In this document: positions 42,268-52,679 of the stretch, piece by piece | How positions within the stretch are numbered: the first letter of the stretch is position 1 | Layout of the letters: every line of letters starts with the position of its first letter | Source of the DNA: Octopus vulgaris | Lineage: Eukaryota | Length of the DNA: 64,000 nucleotides | Reading direction: 5' to 3' | NCBI GenBank assembly: GCA_951406725.2 | Contig: OX597815.1 | Coordinates: 175,770,001 to 175,834,000, forward strand | Notes under the pieces: generated by a model | What the model saw: the letters and a program-made list of their open reading frames with translations, nothing else | The model's database searches: none | What the model was told of the DNA's origin: nothing | Made by a program: the position numbers and the translations under genes

Positions 42268-43962
42268 GCACAGACATATAACGAAATTAATAAAGAAGCT
42301 AGCGTCATCGCCGCTAAACTTAAATTAGATAAAAAAATAGAAACCCTCCCCCAAAAAGAGGCCTTTATTACTATTAAAGACCACAAAGAAAACTTCCTTT
42401 CCAACCCTAAATGTAGGCTTATCAACCCAGCCAAGTCAGAACTAGGGATTATTAGCAAAGAAATTTTAGATAAAATAAATACGAAAATTAAGACCGATAC
42501 TAGGCTAGTGCAATGGTCCAATAGTATAGAAGTCGTAGACTGGTTTAAAGCTATTAAGAATAAGAAAAAAGCGAGGTTTACACAATTCGATATTGTTGAT
42601 TTTTATGCCTCTATCTCTAAAGAACTGCTAGATAAAGCCCTAATCTTCGCTAGTGACTTCATAGAAATTAGTACCAATGATAAGGATATAATCTTCCATG
42701 CTAGAAAGACATTACTTTTCAGTGAGAATGCAAAGTGGGTAAAAAACACCGACACGGAGGGCGCTTTCGATGTGAGCATGGGTTCATATGATGGGGCAGG
42801 CATCTGTGATCTAATTGGACTCTTTCTCCTAGATACCTTCAGTAAGACATTCCCTAACGTACATTTCGCCATCTACAAAGATGATGCCCTCGCCTTAACA
42901 GCTAATACAAATGGACCAGCACAAGATCGTTTTAGGAAGGATATTATCCAGTTAATGAAACACTTCGGACTTAGTATAACTATAGACACTAACCTGACGG
43001 TTGTCAATTTCTTAGACGTTTCCTTAGATCTTAATAATAATATTTATAAGCCTTATAGGAAGCCCAATGATAGACTAAGTTATATTAATGTAGGTTCATG
43101 CCATCCCCCTATAGTATTCAAAAATTTAGTTAAAAATATTAGTAAGAGGATTTCTAGCCTCTCATCTAATGAGGACATCTTCAATAGCGTTGCCCCAGTT
43201 TATAATAAAGCTTTAAAAGATAGTGGTTTTAGCGAAAAAATAAAATATACACCTATCACCAGCCCAACAATAAGGAAAAGGAATAATAGAAATAGGAAGG
43301 TCATCTGGTTTACGCCCCCTTACTCACCCGAGGTGGCCTTCAATATAGGTAAATATTTCCTAGCACTGATAGATAGACATTTTCCAGTTAACCATGCTTA
43401 TAGGAAACTCTTCAATAGACACAATTTAAAAATTAGTTTTAGTTCAACTACCAATTTTAAAAACATAATCAATCATAACATACAAAAAACACAAGAAAAC
43501 AGCTGTTCATGCAGGAATAAAGAATTGTGCCCGCTAAATGGAGCTTGCATGTCCAAGACCATCATATATGAAGCTACCGTAAACTCTATAACCACTAAAG
43601 ACACCGTTTCGACGAAGAAATACGTGGGCCTGACAGAGGGTAATTTCAAGGCCAGGTTCAATAACCACACTTTGAGCTTTAGGCACTGGAACAAAAGAAA
43701 AGCGACACAATTATCCAATCATATTTGGTCTTTAAGAGATAAAGGTGTCGATTATAACATACAATGGAAGATTTTGGCCAGATGTAAGCCCTATACTAAC
43801 GGCAGCGGAAGGTGCGGTTTATGCGACATGGAGAGATGGCTTATCTGGAAAAGCAGCTTAGACCCTACCACATGTCTAAATACAAGGACAGAGCTTTTCG
43901 GATCATGCCCACATGTGACTAAATTTCTGTTACGTTTTTGGTCCCCTAAAGAAAACGGATAG
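42268..43962 (+). CDS. PLE polyprotein (reverse transcriptase + GIY-YIG endonuclease), 5'-truncated, frame open
   Basis: The frame is open from the inversion junction, 80 codons before the track's GTG start: AFITIKDHKENF..CRLINPAKSELG, FDIVDFYASI, MGSYDGA, YKDD, NFLDV, YRKPND, IWFTPPYS, CSCRNKELCPLNGAC, IIYEATV...YVGLTE..FKARFNNH, CGLC, SCPH. Confidence 0.93.
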   Translation, partial: AQTYNEINKEASVIAAKLKLDKKIETLPQKEAFITIKDHKENFLSNPKCRLINPAKSELGIISKEILDKINTKIKTDTRLVQWSNSIEVVDWFKAIKNKKKARFTQFDIVDFYASISKELLDKALIFASDFIEISTNDKDIIFHARKTLLFSENAKWVKNTDTEGAFDVSMGSYDGAGICDLIGLFLLDTFSKTFPNVHFAIYKDDALALTANTNGPAQDRFRKDIIQLMKHFGLSITIDTNLTVVNFLDVSLDLNNNIYKPYRKPNDRLSYINVGSCHPPIVFKNLVKNISKRISSLSSNEDIFNSVAPVYNKALKDSGFSEKIKYTPITSPTIRKRNNRNRKVIWFTPPYSPEVAFNIGKYFLALIDRHFPVNHAYRKLFNRHNLKISFSSTTNFKNIINHNIQKTQENSCSCRNKELCPLNGACMSKTIIYEATVNSITTKDTVSTKKYVGLTEGNFKARFNNHTLSFRHWNKRKATQLSNHIWSLRDKGVDYNIQWKILARCKPYTNGSGRCGLCDMERWLIWKSSLDPTTCLNTRTELFGSCPHVTKFLLRFWSPKENG

Positions 43963-44146
43963 AACATGCTTTCTGTGTTATGTCCCAAGAAGATTTTATA
44001 TATTTTTATATATTTTTATGTATTTTTATATAATTTTTATGACGAAAAAAGCGAGCGATGTATAAGTACGCAGGCAAAGCAGAGTTATAACAGAGTAATT
44101 TCCCTTCATTTTTAACGGTATTTTTTCATAACGTTTTCAAATAGCC

Positions 44147-44209
44147 AGATAACCGAAGAGATGGTGTTGTGGATTTCCACTTCAGCATCTGAAACTCAGA
44201 GTTTTATCT
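44147..44209 (+). ncRNA. Type I hammerhead ribozyme in PLE 3' pLTR, CCGAAGA core variant
   Basis: agataa CCGAAGA gatggtg-tt-gtgg attt ccac-tt-cagcatc t GAAA ctcagag TT ttatct. Stem I agataa/ttatct, palindromic stem III (aaactc a gagttt), GUU triplet. Confidence 0.7.
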
Positions 44210-44305
44210 TGACTACCGAGTAATGTAACATATTGTATAGATAAATTTCCTCTATTTACATAATATTGAGGTCTCTTTCTTTCTTTTGTTATCTTACCGT
44301 TTTAT

Positions 44306-44342
<37 letters not shown>

Positions 44343-44356
44343 CATATATATATAGG

Positions 44357-44527
44357 GGCGTAGGAGTGGCTATGTTGTAAGTAGCTTGCTTACCAACCAC
44401 ACTGTTCCGGGTTCAGTCTCACCGTGTGACACATTGGGCAAGTGTCTTCTACTATAGCCTCGGGCCAACCAAAGCCTTGTGAATGGATTTGGTAGACGGA
44501 AACTGAAAGAGGCCCGTCGTATGTATG

Positions 44528-44578
<51 letters not shown>

Positions 44579-44797
44579 GTATGTATGTATATGTGTGTGT
44601 TTGTGTGTATGTTTGTCCCCCACCATCGCTTGGGAACCGATGTTGGTGTGTTTACGTCCCCATAACTTAGCGGTTCGACAAAGGAGACAGTTATAATAAG
44701 TACTAGGCTTACAAAGAATAAGTCCTGGGGTCGATTCGTTTGACTAAGGGTGGTGCTCCAGCGTGGCCACAGTCAAATGGCAAACAAATACAAGAAT
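44357..44797 (+). mobile_element. SINE family B full-length copy
   Basis: tRNA-like head ggcgtaggagtggctatg...gggttcagtc, ttgggcaagtgtcttc body, central (TA)/(TG) tract, 3' gctccagcgtggccacagtc. Confidence 0.9.
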
Positions 44798-46677
44798 ATA
44801 TATATATATATTAAATACTTGGCTTCAAAAGTTGTAATGAACTGATTCTGCTAAAATTGTTCAGGGCGGTGCCCCAGCATGGCCGCAGTCTAATGACGGA
44901 CGTACTAGTTGAAAGCTTGAGGAATGACAGATGATCATCATCAGCAGCAGCACTGCTTACATCTAATAAAGATAAAAACAGAAGATTTCTGAAAGTCTTA
45001 ACGAAGTAACGCAGTTCTCTTGTTGCCAGTATCGTCTCGGTATTACTATAGTCACGAGAAATTCAGTTGGATAAGTATCAGTAAGTTTACTTTTGGTAAC
45101 GCTGTTCCTCACCTAATACAGAGACGTTGTGTCGTAGAATCCTGAGATTCGAGTCACATATTATAAATAATTGCAAAGCGTTCATTAGGAGAAGATCGTT
45201 TTATCAGAACTCAATAACCATATTGTATTTTTCGCTACGAAGCAAATTTGAGTTTGCTTGAATAGCGTATATCATATAGTGTTTATGAATATATTTGATT
45301 GAATTTTGTTTTCTTTCCCGGTTCAGCTTAATAGTTATATGCAGCTATGATCATTTCCGTCGATTTCGACATATGAGAGGAAGAAAAACAGTTTAAAAAT
45401 AAAGAAAGCCGCATGTATTTGCGATGGATGCGTAAATGAAAATTTGAGTCCAGGAATGTGTTTTACAAGGGAAACACTGATTGGACAAATGAACATGTTG
45501 ATGGCAGGATTTAATTCTTTTGTTTCTTCAACTCAAAATTGTTCAGATACATCATGACACATTTTACGCCACTCAGATCCAAACAAATCCTTTAATATTC
45601 ATATATTACTATTTCGACTTAAATCTCAGTAGAACCGATTAAGAGATTACTAATTACACTCTAATTATACTTTTTGTTTCATAATGGAAATCAGAGGTGA
45701 AATTATCTTTAGCAAAGAGAAATCTGACGTAGGTATATAAAGGCTTTTTCCTATAGATTATGCCCCTCTCATTTGTATCAGTTGTATGAAGTTAGATATT
45801 CTCTTTGTTTGATATTTTGCCATTATGCGTAGAGGAGATTGTCAACTCTCCAAATATCTACGAGAGAGACTATGACGAATGTTATTAAAATCAGAGAGAT
45901 AAATGAGATAACAGAAAATGATAATACCCAAGATGTTGGAAACATTCCTCCAAGTATTGAAGGGAAAGAAAAAGATATATTGCTAATTATATTTTATTGT
46001 GTCTAGGGACAGTCATTATGCCAATATAATTAACGCACACGCACTGGTTCAGATCCACTCCTTTATTTAATATCCAATTGTTTTGGTTTTGTTTGTTAAA
46101 GCTCTTTCGTTGCATGAACATGTTCATGAATCTATGAGATGTCCGTTGTGCGTGAGCGAAAAGTATTTGATATTCTTCCAAGACAAATGTACATTCAGTC
46201 GCAAGACGGAGCGTTTGAATTTTTGTAGACACCTCTCGAAAATTCTAATGTACAACCAGGCGATACCAAATGGTTAGTCGACATAAGTTTGGCCAACCAT
46301 TATCGGTTTTTGTTGGCTTATAATGCATTTAAAAAAAATTCGTCTCTCCAATTTTGTTCTACACTTTGTTACAGCGTTCTATATAATATTTTATGTGTTT
46401 TCCCGTCACCCAATCTTATGGTTCAAGCCATTATTGTTTCTTATCTAAATTTTTATCTTTATAATCACCTATACATTCTATCACCAGTGTTCTCTGTATA
46501 GTAGTAAGTTTTATGCTGGTATATGTATGCTAGTGTGTACACCTTTACATGTATGAATGTATGGGAATATAGCCGTATGGGTACGTACGCGTGTATTTAG
46601 GTTTATCTGAATATAGATACAACCACTGTATTCGAAACAGAGACAACCAGGACTATTTTGTCGTTTGCTAATCTAAT

Positions 46678-46862
46678 TCAGTTCTATATTTAAGAGATGA
46701 GGAATTATGTACATTATTAACATTTGACGGATATTTGTCCTCATCTTGTTTGTTGTTAACACAATGTTTTGGCTGATCTACCCTCCAGCCTTCATCAGGT
46801 GTCTTGGGGAAAGTATTTTTCGATGTTGCTGTTGTTGTTGTTATTGTTATTATCTTCTTCTT

Positions 46863-46893
<31 letters not shown>

Positions 46894-46974
46894 TTATTAT
46901 TATTCAGATCACTGCCTGCAATCGAACTCGGAATCTTGGGGTTACTAACTCGCGCTCTTAACCACTACGCCATA
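46678..46974 (-). mobile_element. Family H1 tRNA-headed HHR element
   Basis: Minus strand: TGGCGTAGTGG A box, gagttcgattgc B box, (AAT)(AAG)(AAC) tract, HHR at 46759-46802 with GAAA mutated to AAAA, tail ending tagaactg. Confidence 0.8.
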
Positions 46975-47015
46975 ATACCTTAAGAATGAGAACCCAGGTT
47001 CGAAATTTCCCCAAG

Positions 47016-47059
47016 ACACCTGATGAAGGCTGGAGGGTATATCAGCCGAAACGTTGTGT
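47016..47059 (+). ncRNA. Minimal type I hammerhead ribozyme (intact core)
   Basis: acac CTGATGA a ggctgg agggtata tcagcc GAAA cg TT gtgt. Stem I acac/gtgt, palindromic acgt stem III, GUU triplet. Confidence 0.88.
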
Positions 47060-47261
47060 TAACAACAAACAAGATGAGGACAACTATCCGCCAAATGTAA
47101 ATAATGTACATAATTCCTCATCTCTTAAATTTAGAACTGAATTATCTAATCGGTACGGAGCCGACATTAGACTTCAATGGAGACATACAGAGAAACTCCA
47201 TCAAAAACTAGCTGCCCACGGGCATATGGTGTAGAGGTTAAGAGCGTGGGCTACAAACCCC

Positions 47262-47301
<40 letters not shown>

Positions 47302-47358
47302 TTAGTAATAAATTTGTCCCTCTACTTCATTTTGGTTAATATATAAAGGATTGAAGAC

Positions 47359-47402
47359 ACACCTGATGAAGGCTGGAGGGTATACCAGCCGGAACGTTGT
47401 GT
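47359..47402 (+). ncRNA. Minimal hammerhead ribozyme copy, GAAA mutated to GGAA
   Basis: acac CTGATGA a ggctgg agggtata ccagcc GGAA cgTT gtgt. Confidence 0.65.
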
Positions 47403-47927
47403 TAACCACAAACAAGATGAGGACAAATATCCGTCAAATGTAAATAATGCATATTCTAATTATATGATAGTAATAAATCATAAGTGAGCGAGTCGATGCC
47501 CTTCGACGCGTTGTGTTCTTGAGCAAGACACCTTATCTCACGGTGTTCCAGTCCACTCAGCTTCACTGGCGGTACTACAACGTAGCCACAGCCTTTGGTC
47601 TGAAACTCATAAAGGAACACACACACATTTCTTTTAATAGTTTTATAGATGTTTAATAGCATACAACATTTTATTTATAACCATTTACAGTGTCTGTGTT
47701 CAAACTGTTTTATTACCCTCTCAAATATTTTTGCTTAATGTCTATTTAAATCATCTTTCTCTCTTTCTCTCTGTTTCCTATCAACCTTCCCCTTTCTCCA
47801 CACCCCTTTGCACCAAGTCTTAAGTGACACATAATATTTAACGCTAAGTCACAAGTCTTATACTCCCTTCACCTCCTTTATCCCCGTTTCTCTTCTAATA
47901 AATCGCTTTAATATTAGATTCCGCTTT

Positions 47928-48130
47928 AGGCGGCGAGCTGGCAGAATCGTTGGCAAACCGGTCAAAATTGTTGGGCATTTCATCCGTCTGTGCGTTCCAA
48001 GATCAAATTCTGCTGTGGTCGACTTTGCCTTTCAGAATCAGTACAAATAAATACCAGTTAAACAATGAGTCCGATGTAATCGATCAGCACCCTCACCCGT
48101 AAAAGCTGGTCTTGCGCTAGAATTTGAAAT
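47928..48130 (+). mobile_element. SINE family A copy (diverged)
   Basis: ggcggcgagctggcagaatcgttg...ggtcgactttgcctttca. Confidence 0.75.
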
Positions 48131-48471
48131 CAATATTACATTCTCTTTCTCTCACACAGCGTATATTTTATGTCCGAACCTATCTGAACGTATTAAGAGT
48201 TAATATACAAATACTCGTTTCAGGTTTCTTTGTACACAGTACGAATAACGATCTTTTGTTATGGGTTGGCAGATATATTAGCATTGGTCAGCAAATAATT
48301 TTTTCACTGAAAGTATAAACAAATACAACGGTTTAAGTTCGGCTCAAAGGTGTGGGTGCTTCTGACTGACGAGACATAACGTTTCGTGACACTGAATGAG
48401 TTTGTTGAACACCACTCTGTTGCTGAAAATGAGGACATTACTCTCCTGTCACATACAGACACAAACACACA

Positions 48472-48505
<34 letters not shown>

Positions 48506-48588
48506 ACAATGTTCATTTATAAACTCCACACACAACATGGGCAAAAAGATGTTTTCTTAAAAGAATACGTAATTAAAATAGTTTTAAT

Positions 48589-48619
48589 GCCATGATTAGC
48601 GAAAGCGAAACCGGTCGAC
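48589..48619 (+). ncRNA. Decayed minimal hammerhead motif
   Basis: gcc ATGATTA gc gaaa gc GAAA ccgg TC gac: two core substitutions from CTGATGA, palindromic stem III accggt; within a ~180-bp insert between (TA)n tracts. Confidence 0.5.
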
Positions 48620-48683
48620 AAACATAATATAAAAAATATTAAAACTATCTAAAGTGTGTGCATTTCCCTTCTTTAACATCTTT

Positions 48684-48755
<72 letters not shown>

Positions 48756-51700
48756 TGTGTGTGTGTTGTGTGTGTGTGTGTATAAACAAGCATATTTCCT
48801 GCCCTTTAATAGGTTATTAGTTGGCCATTAAGTTTTCAGCTTTATATAATTTTTGCTTTCGCATTTAAAATCTACCTCCTAGCACAACATTAAACAAATG
48901 TAATTCACGTTATCGACCTAACTTAGAGTTGCCTCTATTTTAGTGTCACTAGACATATGTCTTTTCGATATATTCTTATCACTATCTTCTCTTAAGCAGC
49001 GTTGCTCCAACCATAGCACTTAAAAACGTTTTCATTATGGTACGCAACTACAAAATGCTGTTATTAATAAATGTGTGTTAACATTAACATCTCTAAACGC
49101 CAGTTATTTTGTTAGTCTGTTATTGACGTAAATATTATACATTAGTATCCGTCTGCCACTACAATATACGAAATATTCTCACGAATATTTTTCCTATTAA
49201 GCAAATTGAATTCGTATGGTTAGTATCTACAAAGGATTTTATTGTTGTATGTGTCTGCACAGTCAGTAAACAGGCTGGCAGAGCCATTCTTTATAGCTTA
49301 TATTAAGAAAGCTCGGTAAATACAACCGAGAGGAAAGCGAAGATTCAAAAATTATATGCAGTTACATGGATTTTCGACTAACTGGAGATTTTGATTCCAT
49401 TTAGCTTGATTACTATGTTGCTGCTGACTGTTTTCACGGTGAAAATATTTGTAAAACAGTTTTAATTGCATCGAATGTAAGAAAGTGTGAGTTCATACTA
49501 ATAATTGATTTCGTCTCTGCAGCTTATTCAAACATTCAAATAATAGATGTTCATGTTATTGCAATGCCTTTTAGTTAAGACAGGTTTCAAATGTAAGCAA
49601 GGTTGTGTCAAATTTTGTTATTATGTCGGGTAATTTAACTAACGTTCTTTGGAGACGATTTCTTTTGTTTCTGTAAGAAAAGTCAGCACACTGATTCGAT
49701 GCAACTCTAGCAGCTTCACACCGTGCCTTCTGTTGTGTTCTTTAAACTATGTTTAAATTAATTATAAGGTATGCATTAAAGCAGTTGATGTGTGAAAAAA
49801 AAAACCAAGAAAAAAGGAAAAGAGAAAGAGAATGAGTGTCAATGGAGTTGTCTGGTTCAAAGTAACGGAGGATGTTCTTCTGGAAGCGAAAAGATATACA
49901 TCTTCCATTAATGGTTGTAAAATATCGATGACAATTTTTCATAAATCTTGTTTACTCATTGTTGTCTCGGAAGTTCCCCATGCGTATTAGAGGTACCCCA
50001 GTCAATGATGGATGATGTTGGCTCAACTATTCCAGGCTTGGCTTATAATGTTTCTGTGTTGAATACAAATCGCTTTTGGGGTTAAGAGCTTAGTTTATGC
50101 GATGGCTGTGAATAGACATAGTTAACAGTATGGGGATATGACATATGCTGCTGCCTTGCTTGAGATCAAAAGGAGACTGTGATTCGAAACGAGAAAAAGA
50201 CCAAGGTTTGTACTACCAACTTGAAATTGGCATTTTCCCAAATAGGGTTAATACGGGGATGCCAAGAAAGATGAGGAGTTCAATCAAAGTTGGATGTTCG
50301 CAATGCAGCTTCGGACAAATGCTGGTAGTTGAAGGATCTCGAAGTGACACTGACTAGGAAGAAGGACTTTGAATTAGGTCATCGGAAGCTATTTGTAACT
50401 AACATCCAGATGACAGGGACGAGTGGAACGATTGGTAGAATCTATTTATGCATTCATATCACATCTCAGAGCAAAGATACGGAGAATTTAGAGTGTATAC
50501 TAGAAAGCAGAGTATCTGAGAGAAGAACAATGATACATTTTCCACAGCTGTGAGAATTAAGATGTGTGACATGTGTGCTAGTAACTGACGATGTATTCCA
50601 CATTGGACCGATGCCCACATGTTGAAATAGATATATGCAAACATATGAAAATGAGAAAAGGTCGCAAGATAGCAAGCTACGATATCTCGTTACATATGTA
50701 TATATATGCAAATAAGAAAAGAAAATTGTAAAATGGCATTCTTAGATATCTCGTTACACCTTGGCAACTTATGCTAAATATTAAAGCCCCTCGACGCAGA
50801 AATCCCAAACCTTATATTTTGTTTCTCATGGAAACATTGCGATATATATCTGGAAGGATATCAGTTGAACTTCTACCACATATAACACAGGATAATCTAA
50901 TCTAATTATATGCCTTCATATTGTTATATGCTCAACGATAGGCAGTAAATTATGAGAATTCATGGTTTTAATTATCAACGTAGATCTAGATTTCTGTCTT
51001 CTTAATGCAACTGGTCAGAAGGTACAATTCCTGGAAAGTGAAAACAAACAGAAACTCAACTTTAATTCTATCCAAAACTAAAGTCACGAATATACCGAAC
51101 GTTATCTTTTTTGTTTTTTTACAAATAATTTGTATATTTATATGTAATTTGTGTATTTAAATTACGAAGATTACACTGCAATATTATGATGGTATAACCA
51201 ATGGTCAAAAATATAATACCTCACAACATTTCGGGGCTGTTTTAAACTTTTATAAAGGCAATTCAGAGGAATATTAGCTGATAAGAAATAGACGAGACCG
51301 TTGAACATATTTCCTTACAGAAGCAAATCTTGACACATATGAAGTACAATTTAAAGCAATGTCAGAAGCGTATATTTTATGAAAGAAATATTTTCCTGTG
51401 AAATCAACAACAAGATGAAGGTACAAAATCTTTAGAAGATCGAATAACACAAAAACCCTAGTGAAACAGGACCGTTAAGTCAAGACTTTAGTTTACTTTC
51501 AGCAGAATAATGGCCGCTCAGAAAAATAATATCTTAAATGCAAAGATGAATCCGTAGAGTTTAATCGATATACGGGTAAAACCCGTACCCTCCCACTATA
51601 AAATAACTGGACAGAAATATTAAATACCCAATAAATTTGTTTAGCTCTCCCGTTTTAATATCTAATTAGATTGGTTAGTTTACATGATTATAATTGACTT

Positions 51701-51989
51701 AAAATACAAATTTAGGAACTGAAAATGTAGCTTAGTTCTAAGATAACAGGCCCTTATATAGCTTGCTTACACTTTCAAGGATATGCCAAAATAAACATGT
51801 GCGTTTGATACTTTAAATTTCTTTTGACAAAGACAAGCTCAAGGAAGAAATGGAAGAGAGAATAGATTTGCTGTGTATTTTATGAATCGCCAATATCTCA
51901 AGTAGAACGCAGAATCGTCAGATGATCGTTTATAAAGACAGGAAGCTCTTGCAATTTTTTGAGGATTTTAGATCGAACTGCAAAACTAA

Positions 51990-52216
51990 CGCCAGTATCG
52001 CTGCGTACCCACTTCCGTTTTCCCTTTCAGAAAAATATCTAACCACTTACAATCACCTTGAGCTGACCATAACTTTCCAAGCGAGTCTATGAAAGAGCAG
52101 CTACAGGCCTGGTTATATTGATTCAGTTCACGAGCAACAAGCGCAGTTCGTCTTTCGGCTCCACTCTCACTCTTCTCATCTAACAGAGTACAAACATTCC
52201 AATAGGAAATATTCAT
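51990..52216 (-). mobile_element. RTE-clade LINE apurinic endonuclease N-terminal fragment
   Basis: WNVCTLLD...ERRTALVARELNQYN matches the RTE/BovB WNVRTLLD...PERRTALIARELARY motif. Confidence 0.75.
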
Positions 52217-52587
52217 CTTTCATCCCGATCTTATATTTACTCCAGGGAAAAACCGTATTAGAATACTTAGATACGATTTGATCCGATTGAACCTAGATTA
52301 AACTATCACTTCACTTGGTATCTTCAACTAGCCAGATATAAATACATTAACTTAGCTCGCTTCAAGCCATGCTGAAGGATCCCGAATGAAGGTGCACCGA
52401 GGATTATGCTGGGTTGCATCCGTAACTGTACATATTCTATGTACCAGAAAGATTGTAACAAAATAATTAAGCTGTACGGCCAACTAAAGGTAAAAGGAAA
52501 AAAGTTTTGATGATGTACCTGTCTCCGTATTTTTTATAATGGTTTGAAGTATACACACACACACACACACACGTGTGTGTATGTATG

Positions 52588-52623
<36 letters not shown>

Positions 52624-52679
52624 TGTATGTATGTATGTATGTATGTATGTATGTATGTATGTATGTATGTATGTATGTA

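Larger units (their letters stand above)
41379..44309 (+). mobile_element. Penelope-like retroelement (Naiad-like), 5'-truncated, with inverted copy of its 3' end
   Basis: 41379-42267 is the reverse complement of 43359-44243 with only a handful of differences. RT + GIY-YIG ORF in between; HHR in each arm; (TA)n on both flanks. Confidence 0.93.
46975..47455 (+). mobile_element. Family H1 tandem unit: HHR-tail, spacer, tRNA head, (AAT)n, HHR-tail
   Basis: 46975-47139 mirrors the tail of the adjacent minus copy; head gggcatatggtgtagaggttaagagcg at about 47220; second HHR at 47359-47402. Confidence 0.8.

Noticed and set aside
41664-42521. 285-aa membrane-protein-like ORF in the track
   Set aside because: It starts at TTG and its hydrophobic N-terminus is just the antisense of the RT region fused to the inverted GIY-YIG copy.
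42268-44100. Selenoprotein-type Naiad (in-frame TGA plus SECIS)
   Set aside because: The ORF has no in-frame TGA, its cysteines use TGT/TGC, and the atgacg...gatg stretch in the 3' UTR does not form a SECIS-like helix.
49850-50400. Old LINE endonuclease remnant (also 55960-56340)
   Set aside because: Only faint motif resemblance; it cannot be supported without a profile search.
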